Below are positions 61,267 to 64,000 of a DNA stretch of 64,000 nucleotides, in pieces (the first letter of the stretch is position 1; every line of letters starts with the position of its first letter). The stretch comes from Heteronotia binoei (taxonomy: Eukaryota): positions 255,688,001 through 255,752,000 of the forward strand of contig NC_083223.1 of assembly GCF_032191835.1 (NCBI RefSeq). Direction: 5' to 3'. Made by a program: the position numbers and the translations under genes. The notes under the pieces are model-generated. The model searched no databases. It was not told the DNA's origin and saw only the letters and a program-made list of their open reading frames with translations.

Positions 61267-61537
61267 CTCTAAGTCCTTCATGAGCATTATCTTGTTTCTG
61301 TCCATACAACAATCCTGCAAAGCAAGACAGTGTCCTTACCCCTCCAAGGAGAGCTGGGTGTGTGTGTGTGCGTGTATGGGTTATTGCTAAAGCATCTGCT
61401 ATGCATGCAGAAGGTCCCAGGTTCAACCCCAGCATCTACAGTGGAAAGGATCACGTAGCAGGTGATGTGAAAGACTTCTGCCTGAGACCTTGGGGAGCTG
61501 TGTCAGTCCGATTAGACAATACTGACCTTGATGGACC

Positions 61538-61818
61538 AAGAAGAAAATGTTATTGGATTTATATCCCACCCTTCACTCTGAATCTCTCAGTCCAAGAGCG
61601 GCTCACATTCTCCTTTATCTTCCTCCCCCACAACAAACACCCTGTGAGTTAGGTGGGGCTGAGAGAGCTCTCACAGAAGCTGCCCTTTTCAAGGACAAGC
61701 TCTGCGACAGCCATCGCTGACCCAAGGCCATTCCAACAGCTGCAAGTGGAGGAGTGGGGAATCAAACCCGGTTCTCCCAGATAAGAGTATGTGCACTTAA
61801 CCACTACATCAAACTGGC
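61538..61818 (-). mobile_element. Squam3-like SINE
   Basis: Reverse complement of the family consensus; truncates an adjacent tRNA-Ala-type SINE. Confidence 0.9.
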
Positions 61819-63562
61819 CTGCATAAGGCTTACCCTTACCTGTATCTCCCTATTCAACAGCCTGTCAACAGTAGCTCTGCTGTGTACCCCATGGTCATCA
61901 GACGTTTGGTGGGGATAGTGCCTTCGCAACAATGCCCCAGCAAGGATTACCAACCTCCAGGTAGGTCCTGGAAATCTCCTGAAATCATGACTGATCTCCA
62001 AACTACAGAGATCAGTTCCCCTGAAGAAAACAGCTGCTTTGAAAGGTGGACTCCATAGGATTATACCCTGCTGAGGTCTCTCCCCTCCCCAAGGCACAGG
62101 CTCCACCCATAAATCTCCATGAATATCCCAACCTGGACTGGGCAACCTTACACAAAGCTTGTGGAACTCCTTGCCCCAGGAGGTTCAACTGGTTCCCTTC
62201 TTGCTAGCCTATAGGTGCCAGGTCCAGACACGGCTATGTCAGTATGCTTGTCTTTTCAGTTTACATTTAATTTTATAAAAGAATAAAATAAAACAAAGGG
62301 GCACTCAGTAAGAAGAGGGGGTATTCAAACCAAGGTGCTTCCTGATTCATGGTTCAGTCTCTCAGCCACCACATTAAGCCAAGCCAATCTAATCCTCTCC
62401 CTCTTCTGAAACTGAATAAAGACTGCCCAGTGTGTCACACCTACACTGAGTGACTCAGCAACGGCAGTGCTTTATGGACCAAAAGTTAGTAGCTCTTTCC
62501 CTCCCCCTTGTCCTTCCTATAAGCTCATGTGGCATCTGCTTTTCCCAACGTTTTGAGGGTGCCAGATTCATCCCACTATGGCATGCAGATATCTCCGTTT
62601 GTGCCTTTTGAAATTCTCCATGATACATTAATACAAATACATTTTTAAAAAGGGAAACATTTCAAACCCAGGTGCCCCAAATCAAATTTGAACCAGAATA
62701 CGGATTGCTGCGGATTGATTTACGTCTGTGATCGACCCAGCAAACGAAATAAAAGTTGATTCTTCTTTTTTAAATAAAAATGGAAAGGGCAAGCGTCCAG
62801 CAGGGAAGAAGAGGTCACGGTTCTCACAGATGAGGCTGAACCCACTGGTAGCCTGGTGCCAATTCCACCATCTCCCTCCCCCCGCCTGGGAATTTTCAGA
62901 GGGCCTCAGCTGGTAATGTAAATTAGTGACTTAATGCATCAAAATTTCCAGTCAACCTGGGTTCTGTGAGAAGCCGTTTTTATGGATATGATATGCAGAG
63001 CCTCATGAGAGAACCTTCTTATGCATGCAAGTCATAGACTCCCAGCCAGCAAAACATGCCAAACACCACAGCCTTACAATCCCAAAAAAACTGCCAGCCC
63101 AGCAAGAATCAGCACCGAAGTTGAAATTTACAGAAAGCAGCTTGCTGCAGTCGATAGGCCATTTCTCAGATCACCACACTAACCCCATTGCTTCTGCATC
63201 TTCAGAGCTGGCCCTGCTCAGAGCACCACCTTTGCCATCGGAGGTTCAGGTGATTGTGGGCCACATGGACCAGAGGCTGATTGCTTGGTATGCATGCCAA
63301 AGTCCCAGGTTCAATCCCCAGCCTCCCTGGTGGTGGTGGTTGTTTTGGGGGGACGGGGGTAAGAATCAAAACTAGCACCTGATGAGAAACTCATTTTTCT
63401 GCCTTTTGGGAAAATAGAAAATACAAGGCTGGATGAAATATAAAAACACAGAACTCGAAGGCACCCCAAGGGTCACCAATCTGCTACACAACGCAAGAAT
63501 CTTCCCTTCCCTCCACTATAATTAGAAAAAGGTTAAAAACCTTGCTCTACACCAAGTAGCTG

Positions 63563-63846
63563 GAGAGCCTCATGGCACAAAGTGGTAAGCTGCAGTACTG
63601 CAGTCCAAGCTCTGCTCACTACCTGAGTTCGATCCTGGAAGAAACAAGGTTCAGGTAGCCGGCTCAAGGTTGACTCAGCCTTTCATCCTTCCAAGGTCGG
63701 TAAAATGAGCACCCAGCTTGCTGGGGGGAAAGTGTAGATGAGTGGGGAAAGCAATGGCAAAACCACCCCGTAAAAAGTCTGCTGTGAAAACATCATGAAA
63801 GTTACATCACCCCAAGGGATGCACAGGGGACTACCTTTACCTTTAT
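63563..63846 (+). mobile_element. Sauria SINE (Squam1)
   Basis: tRNA-like head (GAGTTCGATCC), diagnostic GGTTGACTCAGCCTTTCATCCTTCCAAGGTCGGTAAAATGAG, RTE/BovB-like GCAATGGCAAAACCACC, and an (ACCTTT)n tail. Confidence 0.88.
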
Positions 63847-64000
63847 ACCAAGCAGAAGGTTAAAAGCCTCCAGGATCCTTGGGCCAATTTGGTCTCAAGG
63901 AAAATTCCTTCCTGATCCCACAGTGGCAACTGGCATTACCCTGGGCATATAAGAAAGGGCTACAAGAGCTGAGCCCTAGCTCATCCCTTCCTGCCCTCCC

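Noticed and set aside
65-63375. Remaining 60-170 aa six-frame ORFs
   Set aside because: They overlap SINEs, MITEs or LINE UTRs, or lack codon, domain or splice support.

Overview
Repeat-dense vertebrate genomic DNA, inferred to be a squamate reptile and probably a gecko (it carries a Sauria SINE and young Squam3-like SINEs with (CTT)n tails). It is intronic or intergenic: no host protein-coding exon could be identified with confidence, and almost all six-frame ORFs are spurious or TE-derived. The dominant feature is a full-length but decayed Ty3/Gypsy chromovirus of the Tf1/sushi type at 6224-12503 (minus strand). It has ~430-bp LTRs about 97% identical by my manual count, a PPT, and gag-PR-RT-RNaseH-IN-chromodomain. 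It also has a PEG10-like GGGAAAC -1 frameshift site and a non-tRNA primer site complementary to the predicted start of its own transcript (self-priming). Two near-identical young SINEs interrupt it. The rest of the window holds nested hAT MITEs of several families with readable 8-bp TSDs, CR1 and L2 LINE 3' fragments, tRNA- and 5S-derived SINEs, and Penelope-like inverted fragments with decayed hammerhead-ribozyme-like cores. There are two N gaps. Family names come from recalled motifs, not database searches.
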